Shown here in pieces: positions 61,701-64,000 of a stretch of 64,000 nucleotides of DNA. This stretch comes from Eledone cirrhosa. Its lineage: Eukaryota. Position 1 is the stretch's first letter, and each line of letters begins with the position of its first letter. Position numbers and translations under genes: made by a program. The notes below the pieces were generated by a model. That model was not told where the DNA came from, did no database searches, and saw only the letters and a program-made list of their open reading frames with translations. The DNA lies in NCBI GenBank assembly GCA_964016885.1, contig OZ024740.1:428916001-428980000 (forward strand), written 5' to 3'.

Positions 61701-64000
61701 ACAACTGAGCTCAGATATTGATGAGTGTTGTTGTTGATATTGTGTTTTTACTATACGATTGAGCTCAGATAGTGAAGAGTTTTGTTGTTGATATTGTGTT
61801 TTTACTATACAACTCAGCTCAGATATTGAAGAGTGTTGTTCTTGATATTGTGTTTGTACTATACAACTCAGCTCAGATAGTGAAGAGTTTTGTTGTTGAT
61901 ATCGTGTTTTTACTATACAATTGAGCTCAGCTAGTGAAGAGTCTTGTTGTTGATATTGTGTTTTTACTATTCAACTCAGCTCAGATAGTGAAGAGTGTTG
62001 TTGTTGATATTGTGTTTTTACTATTCAACTCAGCTCAGGTAGTGAAGAGTGTTGTTGTTGATATTGTGTTTTTACTATTCAACTCAGCTCAGGTAGTGAA
62101 GAGTGTTGTTGTTGATATTGTGTTTTTACTATTCAACTCAGCTCAGATAGTGAAGAGTGTTGTTGTTGATATTGTGTTTTTACTATACAATTGAGCTCAG
62201 ATAGTGAAGAGTCTTGTTGTTGATATTGTGTTTTTACTATACAACTGAGCTCAGATAGTGAAGAGTGTTGTTGTTGATATTGTGTTTTTACTATAAAACT
62301 GAGCTCAGATAGTGAAGAGTGTTGTTGTTGATATTGTGTTTTTACTATACAACTGAGCTCAGATAGTGAAGAGTGTTGTTGTTGATATTGTGTTTTTACT
62401 ATAAAACTGAGCTCAGATAGTGAAGAGTGTTGTTGTTGATATTGTGTTTTTACTATACAACTGAGCTCAGATAGTGAAGAGTGTTGTTGTTGATATTGTG
62501 TTTTTACTATACAACTGAGCTCAGATAGTGAAGAGTGTTGTTGTTGATATTGTGTTTTTACTATACATCTGAGCTCAGATAGTGAAGAGTGTTGTTGTTG
62601 ATATTGTGTTTTTGCTATACAACTCAGCTCAGATAGTGAAGAGTGTTGTTGTTGATATTGTGTTTTTACTATTCAACTCAGCTCAGGTAGTGAAGAGTGT
62701 TGTTGTTGATATTGTGTTTTTACTATTCAACTCAGCTCAGATAGTGAAGAGTGTTGTTGTTGATATTGTGTTTTTACTATACAATTGAGCTCAGATAGTG
62801 AAGAGTGTTGTTGTTGATATTGTGTTTTTACTATACAACTGAGCTCAGATAGTGAAGAGTGTTGTTGTTGATATTGTGTTTTTACTATAAAACTGAGCTC
62901 AGATAGTGAAGAGTGTTGTTGTTGATATTGTGTTTTTACTATACAATTGAGCTCAGATAGTGAAGAGTGTTGTTGTTGATATTGTGTTTTTACTATACAA
63001 CTGAGCTCAGATAGTGAAGAGTGTTGTTGTTGATATTGTGTTTTTACTATACATCTGATCTCAGATAGTGAAGAGTGTTGTTGTTGATATTGTGTTTTTA
63101 CTATACAACTGAGCTCAGATAGTGAAGAGTGTTGTTGTTGATATTGTGTTTTTACTATACAACTGAGCTCAGATAGTGAAGAGTGTTGTTGTTGATATTG
63201 TGTTTTTACTATAAAACTGAGCTCAGATAGTGAAGAGTGTTGTTGTTGATATTGTGATTTTACTATACAACTGAGCTCAGATAGTGAAGAGTGTTCTTGT
63301 TGATATTGTGTTTTTACTATACAACTGAGCTCAGATAGTGAAGAGTGTTGTTGTTGATATTGTGTTTTTACTATACATCTGATCTCAGATAGTGAAGAGT
63401 GTTGTTGTTGATATTGTGTTTTTACTATACAACTGAGCTCAGATAGTGAAGAGTGTTGTTGTTGATATTGTGTTTTTACTATAAAACTGAGCTCAGATAG
63501 TGAAGAGTGTTGTTGTTGATATTGTGTTTTTACTATACAACTGAGCTCAGTTAGTGAAGAGTGTTGTTGTTGATATTGTGTTTTTACTATACAACTGAGC
63601 TCAGATAGTGAAGAGTTTTGTTGTTGATATTGTGTTTTTACTATACAACTCACCTCAGATAGTGAAGAGTGTTGTTGTTGATATTGTGTTTTTACTATAC
63701 AACTCAGCTCAGATATTGATGAGTGTTGTTGTTGATATTGTGTTTTTACTATACAACTGAGCTCAGATAGTGAAGAGTTTTGTTGTTGATATTGTGTTTT
63801 TACTATACAACTCAGCTCAGATATTGATGAGTGTTGTTGTTGATATTGTGTTTTTACTATACAACTGAGCTCAGATAGTGAAGAGTGTTGTTGTTGATAT
63901 TGTGTTTTTACTATACAACTCAGCTCAGATATTGATGAGTGTTGTTGTTGATATTGTGTTTTTACTATACGATTGAGCTCAGATAGTGAAGAGTTTTGTT
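58725..64000. repeat. 54-bp satellite (~97 units; runs off the right edge), CTGAGCTCAGATAGTGAAGAGTGTTGTTGTTGATATTGTGTTTTTACTATACAA
   Basis: Unit read directly; unrelated to the 57-kb unit. Confidence 0.97.

Overview
Eukaryotic, repeat-saturated DNA with no recognisable host gene. The SINE families and microsatellite load suggest a cephalopod (Octopus-like) genome; this is an inference. Left to right: a 13.3-kb 42-bp satellite with nested higher-order duplications; microsatellites and tRNA-derived SINEs; 53-bp and 12-bp minisatellites; a cluster of (TA)n-inserted Penelope-like elements, including a young Naiad-like RT/GIY-YIG element with ~2-kb inverted arms and three miniature relatives; a decayed hAT-like DNA transposon with an apparent 7-bp TSD; a 7.4-kb (GTT)2-3ACT array; three head-to-tail L1/Tx1-clade LINEs separated by (TCTA)n-rich tracts, the last nearly intact; and two unrelated 54-bp tandem arrays. 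Most ORFs in the track are repeat artefacts. The best leads are the fixed 'inverted arm plus one-sided tail' architecture of the Penelope-like family, and the Tx1 family's apparent (TCTA)n targeting, conserved 3'-UTR structure and splice-like signals.
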